DNA from: an uncultured Lentisphaerales bacterium
GTDB lineage: Bacteria > Verrucomicrobiota > Lentisphaeria > JABSQK01 > CAJWLW01
Reading direction: 5' to 3'
NCBI GenBank assembly: GCA_964460215.1
Contig: CAYWQM010000014.1
Location: 892-64,891, forward strand
DNA length: 64,000 nucleotides
A program made the position numbers and the translations under genes. Position 1 is the first letter of the stretch; each line of letters begins with the position of its first letter. This document shows positions 1 through 10,028 of this stretch, piece after piece. Under the pieces are notes generated by a model, which did not search any database, was not told the DNA's origin, and saw only the letters and a list, made by a program, of their open reading frames with translations.

Positions 1-1719
1 GAGCCGCGCGCCGTAGTCGCGAAGTATGACGAGGCGGCATCCGAATACACGCTGTGGTCGACTACGCAGATGCCGCATCTGCTGCGCGGCGAAGTGGCGC
101 CACTGCTTGGTGTCGATATCGAGAAGCTGCGGGTCATTGCACCCGATGTCGGCGGTGGATTCGGCGCCAAGGCGAACGTTTATCAGGAAGAAATTCTCGC
201 GCCGATCGTGGCGAAAGCCCTCGGCCGACCGATCCGCTGGGTCGCCTCACGCCAGGAAGATAACACCGCTACGGTGCATGGCCGTGCCCATGTCGACTAC
301 ATGTCATTCGCTGCCAGCAAGGACGGCCGTATCGAGGGCGTCAAGTACAAGATGTTCGCCGATGTCGGTGCACGTTACACGCGCATGACGCCGTTGATTC
401 CGCCGCTGGCGATGTGGATGTCTACCGGCTCGTACGATGTGCAGACGCTGCGCTACGAGATCATCGGTGTATTCACCAACACGGTGACGACCGAGGCTTA
501 CCGCGGCGCCGGTAGGCCCGAAGCTATTCATATTGTCGAACGAACGGTTGATAAGCTGGCGCACACGCTCGGTCTCGATCCGACCGAGGTGCGGCGGAAG
601 AATTTCATCCAGCCCGATCAGTTTCCGTACGACACGCCTTCGGGCATGCGTTACGACTCCGGCGAGTACGAGCGTGCCCTGGACAAGGCTCTCGGGTTGG
701 TCGACTACAAGGCCCTGCGTGAGCGCCAGGAAGAGCAACGCAAAGCCGGCGGCCCGCTTATGGGTATCGGCGTTTCCACGTACATCGAAATCTGTGGCTT
801 CGGGCCGCATGAGTATGCCAACGTCACCGTCGAGAAAGACGGCGCTGTGACGGTGCTGACTGGCAGTTCACCGCATGGACAGGGACATATCACGACCTGG
901 TCACAGCTGGCGGCGGAGACTCTGCAGGTGCCGATCGAAAAAATTACTGTGAAACATGGCGATACCGGTATCGTTCCCGACGGCGTCGGCACCTTCGGCA
1001 GCCGCAGCGCGCCGGTTGGCGGCGTCGCGGTGTTCAATAACGCCAAGGCCGTGGCGGAGAAGGCCGGCAAGATCGCTGCCCACCTGCTCGAGGCTGCAGC
1101 CGACGACGTCGTCCTGGAGGACGGCAGTTTTCATGTGAGTGGTGTGCCGCAGCGCGCGATCTCCTGGGATCAGGTAATCGAGACTGCCAATTCCGGCAGC
1201 CTGCCTGCCGACATCGACAGTGACTTGAGTTCCGAAGAAGCTTTCACCGTCGGACCACAGGGCGAGACCTTCCCGTTCGGCTGTCACGTCTGTGTTGTCC
1301 AGATCGATCCGGAAACCGGCGTGTTGACGATCGAGCGCTACGTAACGGTTGATGACTGCGGTCCGGTGATCAATCCGATCATCGTCGACGGGCAGGTCCA
1401 CGGCGGTCTCGTCCAGGGGCTCAGCCAGGCCTTGTTCGAAGGTGTGATTTATGACGACGACGGCAATCTCCTGACCGGTTCGTTCATGGACTATGCCTTG
1501 CCACGCACGCAGATGCTGCCGCACTTCGAGACCCACCGTACCGAGACCCCGTCGCCGAATAATCCGTTAGGCGTCAAGGGTATTGGCGAAGCGGCAACCA
1601 TCGGTTCGACTCCGGCCGTCGTCAATGCCGCAGTCGATGCCATGGCCCATCTCGGCATTACCCATCTTGACATGCCGCTGACGCCTGAGCGCCTCTGGCG
1701 TGCCATTCAGGACGCTTAG
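1..1719 (+). CDS. Molybdopterin-binding subunit of the xanthine dehydrogenase / aerobic CO dehydrogenase (CoxL-like) family, C-terminal part. The reading frame is open from position 1, so the gene starts upstream of the window.
   Basis: Frame 1 is open from nt 1 through the stop at 1717-1719. The translation (…GGGFGAKANVYQEEILAPIVA…GRPEAIHIVER…) matches conserved blocks of molybdenum hydroxylase large subunits. Antisense ORFs inside it are taken as GC-rich noise. Confidence 0.8.
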   Translation, partial: EPRAVVAKYDEAASEYTLWSTTQMPHLLRGEVAPLLGVDIEKLRVIAPDVGGGFGAKANVYQEEILAPIVAKALGRPIRWVASRQEDNTATVHGRAHVDYMSFAASKDGRIEGVKYKMFADVGARYTRMTPLIPPLAMWMSTGSYDVQTLRYEIIGVFTNTVTTEAYRGAGRPEAIHIVERTVDKLAHTLGLDPTEVRRKNFIQPDQFPYDTPSGMRYDSGEYERALDKALGLVDYKALRERQEEQRKAGGPLMGIGVSTYIEICGFGPHEYANVTVEKDGAVTVLTGSSPHGQGHITTWSQLAAETLQVPIEKITVKHGDTGIVPDGVGTFGSRSAPVGGVAVFNNAKAVAEKAGKIAAHLLEAAADDVVLEDGSFHVSGVPQRAISWDQVIETANSGSLPADIDSDLSSEEAFTVGPQGETFPFGCHVCVVQIDPETGVLTIERYVTVDDCGPVINPIIVDGQVHGGLVQGLSQALFEGVIYDDDGNLLTGSFMDYALPRTQMLPHFETHRTETPSPNNPLGVKGIGEAATIGSTPAVVNAAVDAMAHLGITHLDMPLTPERLWRAIQDA

Positions 1720-1816
1720 AGCGTCTGGCGGCGTGCCGCAAGACGTGGGATGTGTGGAATCTGCAAGCATCAGCCTTGGCTTGCAGCGTTTAACTCGTTG
1801 ATTTGAGGAAAGAGCC

Positions 1817-3220
<1,404 letters not shown>

Positions 3221-3222
3221 TC

Positions 3223-3816
3223 ATGAACGATACGATCATCGAAAAAATTAGTGGCACCGCGATGCCGTTGCGCGGGGACGATATTGACACCGACCGCATC
3301 ATCCCGGCGCGGTATCTGCGCTGTGTCACGTTTGACGGACTCGGTGAACACGCCTTCGAAGACGACCGCAAGCAGGACCCCGGCCACCCATTCAACCAGG
3401 CACGTTTCGACGGTGCCGCGATCCTAATCGTCGGCCGTAATTTTGGTTGCGGATCATCGCGCGAGCACGCCCCGCAATCCCTGTACAAGAGAGGTATCAA
3501 GGGAGTCATTGGCCAGTCCTTTGCCGAGATTTTCTTCGGCAACTGTAATGCCATGGGTATGCCTTGTATGACGGTGGATGCGGACACCTGCGAGGCACTG
3601 TTCGTTGCTGCCGAGTCCGATCCCCCGCCGAACTTCGAAATCGACGTGGCCGGCGGCACGATCCGTTTCGGCGACTGCAGTGTCCAGGGCGGCATGCCGA
3701 GTGGGCCCCGCGAATCATTTCTCGCCGGTACCTGGAATGCCACGGCAGTTCTGCTGGAGTCTGCTGATCACGTCGACGAAGTGGCGGCGAAATTACCGTA
3801 CATCAATGGTTTCTGA
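3223..3816 (+). CDS. leuD: 3-isopropylmalate dehydratase small subunit
   Basis: 197 aa with LeuD/aconitase swivel-domain blocks (RGDDIDTDRIIPARYL, GRNFGCGSSREHAP). Starts 2 nt after the leuC stop, consistent with translational coupling. Confidence 0.9.
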   Translation: MNDTIIEKISGTAMPLRGDDIDTDRIIPARYLRCVTFDGLGEHAFEDDRKQDPGHPFNQARFDGAAILIVGRNFGCGSSREHAPQSLYKRGIKGVIGQSFAEIFFGNCNAMGMPCMTVDADTCEALFVAAESDPPPNFEIDVAGGTIRFGDCSVQGGMPSGPRESFLAGTWNATAVLLESADHVDEVAAKLPYINGF

Positions 3817-4071
3817 TGTTGTGCGGCTGGCCGCGCATTGTCATGGTACCGCCACGAGTGATTGGTCCGAGTAACAACCTGTCGATATCGAATTCACCGT
3901 TACCGGTACAAACCTCAGTAGCCGCTGACCCATGCAGCCTTCGCTGTCTGCTACTGCTCTCCCTCATCGGACTCGCTTGTTGGAAGTATTTCACCTGACT
4001 TGGGGCGTCGTGGACTTGTTGCGCGGTGCATGCCTGCCTGCGTTTCACCATGATATTGTTAGGTGGATGAC

Positions 4072-5418
4072 ATGACAGGGAATTCGGCGCATATTGCAGC
4101 CATGGAACCACGCTGGATTATGAAGGATACAGATCGCCATCGCCGGACTTTTCTCAAAGGAATCATTGCCGGTCTTGCAACCCTGCCGCTGGTGCCGCGC
4201 GTCGACGCAGCCTTGACCGCCTGGCTCGATGGTCTGGCGAACGATCTGGCTGCCAACACCGCAACTGGGGATTACTGGCAACGTTTGCGTCAGGAGTTCC
4301 TTACCCCCCCGCACCTGCTGCATTTCAATACGGGCAGCCTGGGGGCCACGCCGCGCGCGGTGATCGAGGCCGTTGCCGACTACATGCGAGAGCTGGAACG
4401 GGACCCTGTCGGCCAGGCCTGGGGGCCACTGCGGGAACTGACCGAGGCGGTCCGACACGAGGCGGCGGCTCTGATCGGCGCGGACCTGGAGGAACTGGCG
4501 ATCGTTCGCAACACGACCGAGGCGATGAACGCGATCGCATCGGGCGTCGATCTGAGACCCGGCGACGAAATCCTCACGACCGACCACGAGCATGCCGGCG
4601 GCATGATCTGCTGGCAGTACCTGGCGGAGCGGACGCAGGCCAGGATCGTTCAACTGGAAATGCCTGTCCCGGCGACCAGTGCGGATGAGCTGGTCGCCCG
4701 CGTCGCTGAACATATCAACGAGCGCACGCGAATATGCAGCTTCAGCCATGTCGATACGTTCACCGGCGTGTGCCTGCCTCTGGCGCGGATTGCCGAATTG
4801 ACCCGGCCGCGCGGTATCCTGCTGGCATGCGATGGTGCCCAGGCGCCCGGTATGCTGCAGGTCGATGTTCACGCATTGCAGGTCGACACCTATGCTTCAA
4901 GCAGCCACAAGTGGATGCTCGCACCAAAAGGCTCCGGTCTGCTGTACGTGCGTCGTGCCGTGCAGGACCGTGTGCGGCCGCCGCTGCTGCGATCGGGGTT
5001 CAGTTGCTACTCGGGCTCGAGCGGTACCCGCAACGTGCCCCACATCATCGGGCATGGTCTCGCAGTCGACATGCACCGACTTTTGACGCCGCAGAAAATT
5101 GAGAACCGCTGCCTGGCGCTGCGCGACGGATTAGCGCAGCGGTTGCAGGAACTGCCTGGTGCCCGTATCCTCAGCCCCACCGCTGCCGAGCTGCGATCAG
5201 CCCTTCTCGCGGTGACTTTCGAGGGTCGAGATGCCGGTGACATTTATCGTGCCCTGCGTGAGCGGGACATTGTTGTCAAGGCCTTGCCGGCCACCATGGT
5301 CGTTACTGACGGATTGCAGCCGCGCAGTTACAACGCTCTGCGTTTTTCAACTCACATCTACAACAGCGAAGCCGAGCTCGACCAACTGACAGAAGCGCTG
5401 GCGCAGTTGACGAGGTGA
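4072..5418 (+). CDS. Class V aminotransferase (cysteine desulfurase / isopenicillin-N epimerase-like, PLP-dependent) with an N-terminal twin-arginine (Tat) signal
   Basis: Motifs HFNTGSLGATP and SSSHKWMLAPKGSGLLYVRR (PLP-lysine region). RRTFLKGIIAGLATLPL is a Tat motif. The track ORF begins at GTG 4063; ATG 4072 is preferred because AGGTGGA lies 5-11 nt upstream. Confidence 0.8.
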   Translation: MTGNSAHIAAMEPRWIMKDTDRHRRTFLKGIIAGLATLPLVPRVDAALTAWLDGLANDLAANTATGDYWQRLRQEFLTPPHLLHFNTGSLGATPRAVIEAVADYMRELERDPVGQAWGPLRELTEAVRHEAAALIGADLEELAIVRNTTEAMNAIASGVDLRPGDEILTTDHEHAGGMICWQYLAERTQARIVQLEMPVPATSADELVARVAEHINERTRICSFSHVDTFTGVCLPLARIAELTRPRGILLACDGAQAPGMLQVDVHALQVDTYASSSHKWMLAPKGSGLLYVRRAVQDRVRPPLLRSGFSCYSGSSGTRNVPHIIGHGLAVDMHRLLTPQKIENRCLALRDGLAQRLQELPGARILSPTAAELRSALLAVTFEGRDAGDIYRALRERDIVVKALPATMVVTDGLQPRSYNALRFSTHIYNSEAELDQLTEALAQLTR

Positions 5419-5428
5419 CTTGCGACGC

Positions 5429-6835
5429 TCAGGCCCTCGTCGTGTCGGGGCACGCGTTTGCGTTTTTTTTTGTGTTGCCGTCCATCGCTGCGTTTGAGGG
5501 CATCACCGCCGCCCAGTGATGGGCCAGCAACAGCATCGCCACGGGCGCGATATGGAGCGTCAGCCGCGGCTGCGTGCGATCTACTATAATGTCCCAATTG
5601 CCGGGACGAATCACGTAGACGTAGAGGTACAATGCGAAATGGGCCAGCACGAAGCTCCATAGCACCAGGATCTGGGCCTTGCCGGATCGGCGGGCTGTGA
5701 CAACAGCAAGTATTGGCAGGACGAACCAGAGGCCGTTCCAGCTTCGCCAGTCACCGATGTAACTCCACATTTGCTCGAGAATCAGCGGTAGACGCGACCA
5801 TGGAATTTCAGTGATTGTTATCGCCGGCAGGTATATCGGGGCTTTCGGTAAAGCCGAGGCAAACAGAAACCAGGGTGCGGCAATGGCGATGACGATTGCG
5901 AAGAAGGCTGGAAGCCACTTCAGTCGTTTGACGTCCCGGCTTGCCAGTGCGACGACGCAGATGCCGCCAGCGAACAATCCCATGAAAGCGATACCCTCGC
6001 GCTTGCAGAACAGACAGCAGGTCGCGAAGAACATTGCCTGCATCAGATGCCGCGGCTGGTTCGATGCAGTCCAGCGCACAATGAAAAGCACTGCACCAAA
6101 GTAAAACATCGACAACGGTACGTCGGCCATGCCGGTACCAGCCGACTGCAGCAATACGGGCATCAGTGCAAAGAGCGATAACAGTATAGCTGCACGCCAG
6201 GCCGGCAGCTTGTCGCGCATGCCGGCATAGAGCATCAGCAACAGCGCGACGTAGATCAGCGGAAAGACTGCTTTGACCAGGACATCCTCGATGTTGCCCG
6301 TAAACCCGTTCACGCCTGCTGCAAGAAAAGGAACCATCAACGGATAGCGTTGATGCAGCGGCTGGAAATGCGGATTGTGGAAATAGTCTGCCGCCAACAG
6401 TGGATCGGTAGTCACGGCCCGGGTCTTCATCCCCCAGAGCAGATAGCCGTCCCATTCGTAGCAGACATGGCCGAGTGCATGCACGGAAATGATCGTCAGC
6501 CCGAGCAACACTGGAAGCAGCAGCACAAACACCGTGACCATTTCCCGCAGAGAATTCGACGATTTCTCTCGTGTCGGGGTCAGCTTGCGTCCGCGGCCTA
6601 CGAGGACAGCGATCAGGGCGATCGCAACGATAGCGATGATCGCACCGCCCAAGCGCGAGGGGATCAGTCCGATCAGCGACAGCCAGAACCAGCAGAGCCC
6701 CGCGCCCCCGAGACCGAAGGCCAGCACGCGTGCCGCAAGTTCATGCAGCGGTAATGTCGGCGATTCCGCCAGAGCCAGGGCCAGAGCCATGCCAAGTACA
6801 ATAAAAACAAGCAGATACAGCATCAGCCAGATCAT
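5429..6835 (-). CDS. Polytopic inner-membrane protein, possibly a GT-C-fold glycosyltransferase or polymerase-like protein (at least 10 predicted TM helices)
   Basis: 468 aa, strongly hydrophobic with many TM segments. Its ATG overlaps the stop of the upstream minus-strand ORF by 4 nt (ATGA). The family assignment is tentative. Confidence 0.6.
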   Translation of the reverse strand: MIWLMLYLLVFIVLGMALALALAESPTLPLHELAARVLAFGLGGAGLCWFWLSLIGLIPSRLGGAIIAIVAIALIAVLVGRGRKLTPTREKSSNSLREMVTVFVLLLPVLLGLTIISVHALGHVCYEWDGYLLWGMKTRAVTTDPLLAADYFHNPHFQPLHQRYPLMVPFLAAGVNGFTGNIEDVLVKAVFPLIYVALLLMLYAGMRDKLPAWRAAILLSLFALMPVLLQSAGTGMADVPLSMFYFGAVLFIVRWTASNQPRHLMQAMFFATCCLFCKREGIAFMGLFAGGICVVALASRDVKRLKWLPAFFAIVIAIAAPWFLFASALPKAPIYLPAITITEIPWSRLPLILEQMWSYIGDWRSWNGLWFVLPILAVVTARRSGKAQILVLWSFVLAHFALYLYVYVIRPGNWDIIVDRTQPRLTLHIAPVAMLLLAHHWAAVMPSNAAMDGNTKKNANACPDTTRA

Positions 6836-7410
6836 TGCGGCACCGTATCGACGCGGCGGGTCGTCCTGTGGATCTGGCCGTCCTTATAGTAGAAAGTCAT
6901 GACGTAGTGAATGCCGTGCAGCCTCAGCCAGTTGTCGTCCGGCAAGTTGTTATTCGCGATGATCGACTCAGCGCCGGTCAGGGTGGCCTCAGGCGGTGCC
7001 ACGTAAACCTTGCGTGGATGCAGAACGTAGGTGCCGCGCATGAAAAAGACGTAAATCTGTTTTCCGTCCTTCTCAGGGTCAATGCCGTCGAAGTGGATGA
7101 AGAGGTTGCCATCCGGTGCCAGGCGGCGGAACAGATCGTCGATCGCGGGCAGGTAAGCCCGGTCGAACCGATCGCTCTTGAGTTTCTCGTCGACAGCCAA
7201 GCCCGTGGTTTTCACCCCGAGCATGTCCCGGTTGAACGCCACCCCTGTGACACTGTGCCAGACACTGAAAAGCAGCAGTGCGACAAAAGCAGTCGTGAGT
7301 CCCCAGTCGAGCTGTTTTACTGATTGTTCATCCACAGTTCCAGCACCATCAGTGCGAAGATCGCATAACTGTAGTCTGCCCGGTTCGCGCCGTGTTCGTT
7401 GATCAGCCAT
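6832..7410 (-). CDS. Hypothetical membrane-anchored protein, with one TM helix after an Arg-rich N-terminus. The start is uncertain: the longest ORF overlaps the asnB 3' end by 94 nt, and a GTG at 7335 would cut the overlap to 19 nt.
   Basis: The ORF sits in a tight minus-strand operon between asnB and the membrane protein, with a 4-nt overlap downstream. Protein-like composition, with a TM segment LTTAFVALLLFSVWHSV. No recognisable family. Confidence 0.5.
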   Translation of the reverse strand: MADQRTRREPGRLQLCDLRTDGAGTVDEQSVKQLDWGLTTAFVALLLFSVWHSVTGVAFNRDMLGVKTTGLAVDEKLKSDRFDRAYLPAIDDLFRRLAPDGNLFIHFDGIDPEKDGKQIYVFFMRGTYVLHPRKVYVAPPEATLTGAESIIANNNLPDDNWLRLHGIHYVMTFYYKDGQIHRTTRRVDTVPQ

Positions 7411-9179
7411 TGCAGACGTGAGCGGTCGAAAAAACCGTCGTTCACCAATTTCCCCTCGGTCAGCAGCGCCTGTGTCTGGTCGCGCCAGTCGCCGCGCAGC
7501 CAGCGCGCGATCGGCACGCCGAATCCCATTTTACGGCGCGAGAAAATTTCTTCAGGGAGCAGGTCACGAAAGGTGTCCATAAGAATGCGTTTACGCGTCA
7601 TGCCCTGTTGTTTCCAGCGATCCGGCAGTGCCAGTGCGAGCTCGACGACGTCGGGGTCCAGGAACGGGCTTCGCACTTCGAGTCCGTGCGCCATCGATGC
7701 CCGATCGACCTTGACCAGGATATCGTCGCACAGATACGTCTTGAGATCTACTTCCATGATGCGGTCGATCAGCGCTTTCGGCGGTCCGGGATCGTGGTCC
7801 TTGAGAAAAGACACGGTTGCGGGCCACTCAGTCTCCAGCAACTGCGGGCCGTAGAGTGATTGCTTTAACGGCGATGGACACCGGGAAATGAGGCGCAGAT
7901 AACGATCGATACCGTCCTCCTCGGAAATTTCCAGCAACCGCTGCAGCCGTCCGAAGAACGTACGTTCCTCGGTTTTCGGTGGCAGCATCCGGCGCATTGT
8001 CCGGCCGATGCTGCGGCGCATGGCGCGCGGCAAAAGCGCCATGCACCGGCATAGCTTCATTATTCGATAGCGATAATAGCCGCCGAACAGCTCGTCCGCC
8101 GCATCGCCGCTCAGCGCCACGGTCACATGCTCGCGCGTAAACCGGCTGAGCAGCGACATGGGCAGCATGGAAGCGTCACAGAACGGCTCTTCGAAATCAC
8201 CGACGATACGCTGCAGGTGACTGAAATCGTTGGGTGCCACTTCCAGGAAGTGGTGGTCGGTAGACAGGTGGCCGGCAACCATTTCGGCATAGGCGCGTTC
8301 ATCGTATTTTTTCTCCGGGAACCCGATCGAAAATGTTTGAGTCCGCGTCCCTGCCTGGTCGGCGAGCGCACAGATCAGGCTGGAATCGACACCGCCGGAA
8401 AGAAACAGTCCCACCGGCACATCTGCCACCAGTCGCCGTTGTACGGCAGTCTGCAGCCGTTCGCGCACGGCTTCACAGGCGGCGGCGTAGTCCCCTCCGA
8501 AATCGCTGGTGACCGATGGTTCCCAGTAGCGGGTCATCGTCAGTGAGGCGCCATCCCAGAGGGCATAGTGCGCTGCCGGAAGTTTGTGGACTCCACAATA
8601 AATCGTCCGCGGTGACGGGATGTACTGATATTCGAGATAGTCATGGACCGCGGTGCAGTCAACGCGGGTATCGACCCAGTCCACGACGCGCAGCGATGCC
8701 GGACCGCTGGCGAAGGCGAAGCGGCGGCCTTCCTGTGCATAAAACAGCGGCTTCTGTCCGAGGCGGTCGCGGGCGAGAAAGATGTGGCCGGAATCGACAT
8801 GCACAATAGCGAACGCGAACATGCCGTTGAGCTCGTCCAGCATCGCTGGGCCGCGTTCCTCGTACAGGTGCAGCAGAACTTCGGAGTCGGTTTCGGTTTT
8901 CAGGGTGTGGCCGTTGCGTATGAGCCGCTGTCGCAGTGCCGCGTAGTCGTAAATTTCACCGTTGAAGACCAGTGCCAGGGTCCGATCTTCGTTGTACAGG
9001 GGTTGCCGCCCGCCGGCAAGGTCGATGACCGACAAGCGCCGATGCACCAGGCCGATGGCATCATGAACAGCGGTGCCACCATCGTCCGGGCCGCGCTTGA
9101 CCAGCGGTACAGCCATTGCCGCGAGCAGCTCGATGTCGGGCGGACGTTCAGGATTAAAAATGCCGGCGATACCGCACAT
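7317..9179 (-). CDS. asnB: Asparagine synthase (glutamine-hydrolysing), AsnB family
   Basis: 620 aa with an N-terminal MCGIAGIF class-II glutamine amidotransferase nucleophile and the synthetase-domain blocks (SGGVDSS…). Confidence 0.9.
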   Translation of the reverse strand: MCGIAGIFNPERPPDIELLAAMAVPLVKRGPDDGGTAVHDAIGLVHRRLSVIDLAGGRQPLYNEDRTLALVFNGEIYDYAALRQRLIRNGHTLKTETDSEVLLHLYEERGPAMLDELNGMFAFAIVHVDSGHIFLARDRLGQKPLFYAQEGRRFAFASGPASLRVVDWVDTRVDCTAVHDYLEYQYIPSPRTIYCGVHKLPAAHYALWDGASLTMTRYWEPSVTSDFGGDYAAACEAVRERLQTAVQRRLVADVPVGLFLSGGVDSSLICALADQAGTRTQTFSIGFPEKKYDERAYAEMVAGHLSTDHHFLEVAPNDFSHLQRIVGDFEEPFCDASMLPMSLLSRFTREHVTVALSGDAADELFGGYYRYRIMKLCRCMALLPRAMRRSIGRTMRRMLPPKTEERTFFGRLQRLLEISEEDGIDRYLRLISRCPSPLKQSLYGPQLLETEWPATVSFLKDHDPGPPKALIDRIMEVDLKTYLCDDILVKVDRASMAHGLEVRSPFLDPDVVELALALPDRWKQQGMTRKRILMDTFRDLLPEEIFSRRKMGFGVPIARWLRGDWRDQTQALLTEGKLVNDGFFDRSRLQWLINEHGANRADYSYAIFALMVLELWMNNQ

Positions 9180-9193
9180 GAGGATTTGCAGAT

Positions 9194-9217
9194 TTTCGTT
9201 TTGAATTTCGTTTTGAA
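9194..9217. repeat. Perfect tandem duplication of a 12-nt unit (TTTCGTTTTGAA x2) in the asnB/pyrE divergent intergenic region
   Basis: Read directly: 9194-9205 and 9206-9217 are identical. They lie 15-38 nt upstream of the asnB start codon on the minus strand. Confidence 0.8.
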
Positions 9218-9338
9218 AACCAGGCAGAACACAGGGTTACACCATAATGCGCCAATACGCTTTGGACTATCGGCGACGTAACAACGATGTAACAGGAAAT
9301 CTAAAGGATGCTATAGTTTAACTCATCCAGGGGAACGA

Positions 9339-10013
9339 ATGGAAACGTACAAGCAGCAGTTTATCGAGTTCATGGTGGCTTCCGACGCCCTGACGTTCGG
9401 AGAGTTCGTAACCAAGAGCGGTCGGCAGACGCCGTACTTCATCAACAGCGGTAATTTCGCGGACGGCCCGCGCATTTCGCAGCTTGGGGAGTGGTACGCG
9501 CAAGCCATCAACGACCGGGTTGGCAGCGGCTGCGACAATCTGTACGGCCCGGCTTACAAGGGTATTCCGCTGGCGGTGACGACGGCCGCGGCGCTGTGGA
9601 ACTTGTTCCAGCATCGGGTCACCTACACGTTCAACCGCAAAGAGGAAAAGGACCACGGCGAAAAAGGCGCGCTTGTCGGGCATCGCTATGTTGGCGGCGA
9701 GAAGGTCCTGATCATTGAGGATGTGGTTACTGCGGGTACATCGGTACGCGAGTCGCTGTCGCTGCTCAAGGCGATCACCGACGTTGAAATCGTCGGTGTA
9801 ATTGTCTCGGTAGATCGCCAGGAACGTGGGCAGGGCGAGCGCTCGGCACTGGACGAACTTCAGGACGAACTGGGTATTCCGACCTGGGCGATCGTTACGC
9901 TCGACGAAATCATTGAGCACCTGGACGGCCGTGAAATTGCCGGTCGCGTCCTGATCGACGACGAGATGCGTGGAAAAATCGCTGCCTACCGCGACCAATA
10001 CGGCGCCCAATAG
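9339..10013 (+). CDS. pyrE: Orotate phosphoribosyltransferase
   Basis: 224 aa with a PRTase motif (VLIIEDVVTAGTS) and the OPRTase N-terminal block (FGEFVTKSGRQTPYFIN). AGGGGAA RBS upstream. Confidence 0.9.
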   Translation: METYKQQFIEFMVASDALTFGEFVTKSGRQTPYFINSGNFADGPRISQLGEWYAQAINDRVGSGCDNLYGPAYKGIPLAVTTAAALWNLFQHRVTYTFNRKEEKDHGEKGALVGHRYVGGEKVLIIEDVVTAGTSVRESLSLLKAITDVEIVGVIVSVDRQERGQGERSALDELQDELGIPTWAIVTLDEIIEHLDGREIAGRVLIDDEMRGKIAAYRDQYGAQ

Positions 10014-10028
10014 AGCGGGCGATGGCAA

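Noticed and set aside
304-1536. Minus-strand ORFs of 121-211 aa inside the CoxL-like gene. Similar antisense ORFs lie inside leuC (1790-2743) and many other genes.
   Set aside because: They overlap strongly recognisable genes on the opposite strand. Their translations are Arg/Ala/Pro-rich low-complexity, typical of antisense frames in high-GC DNA.
4063-4071. GTG 4063 as the start of the aminotransferase (the track's first codon)
   Set aside because: ATG 4072 has a well-spaced AGGTGGA RBS. The three extra codons are unsupported. The choice does not affect the Tat-signal interpretation.
8643-9281. 212-aa plus-strand ORF antisense to asnB
   Set aside because: It is entirely inside the confidently assigned asnB gene. 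No RBS and no protein-like features.
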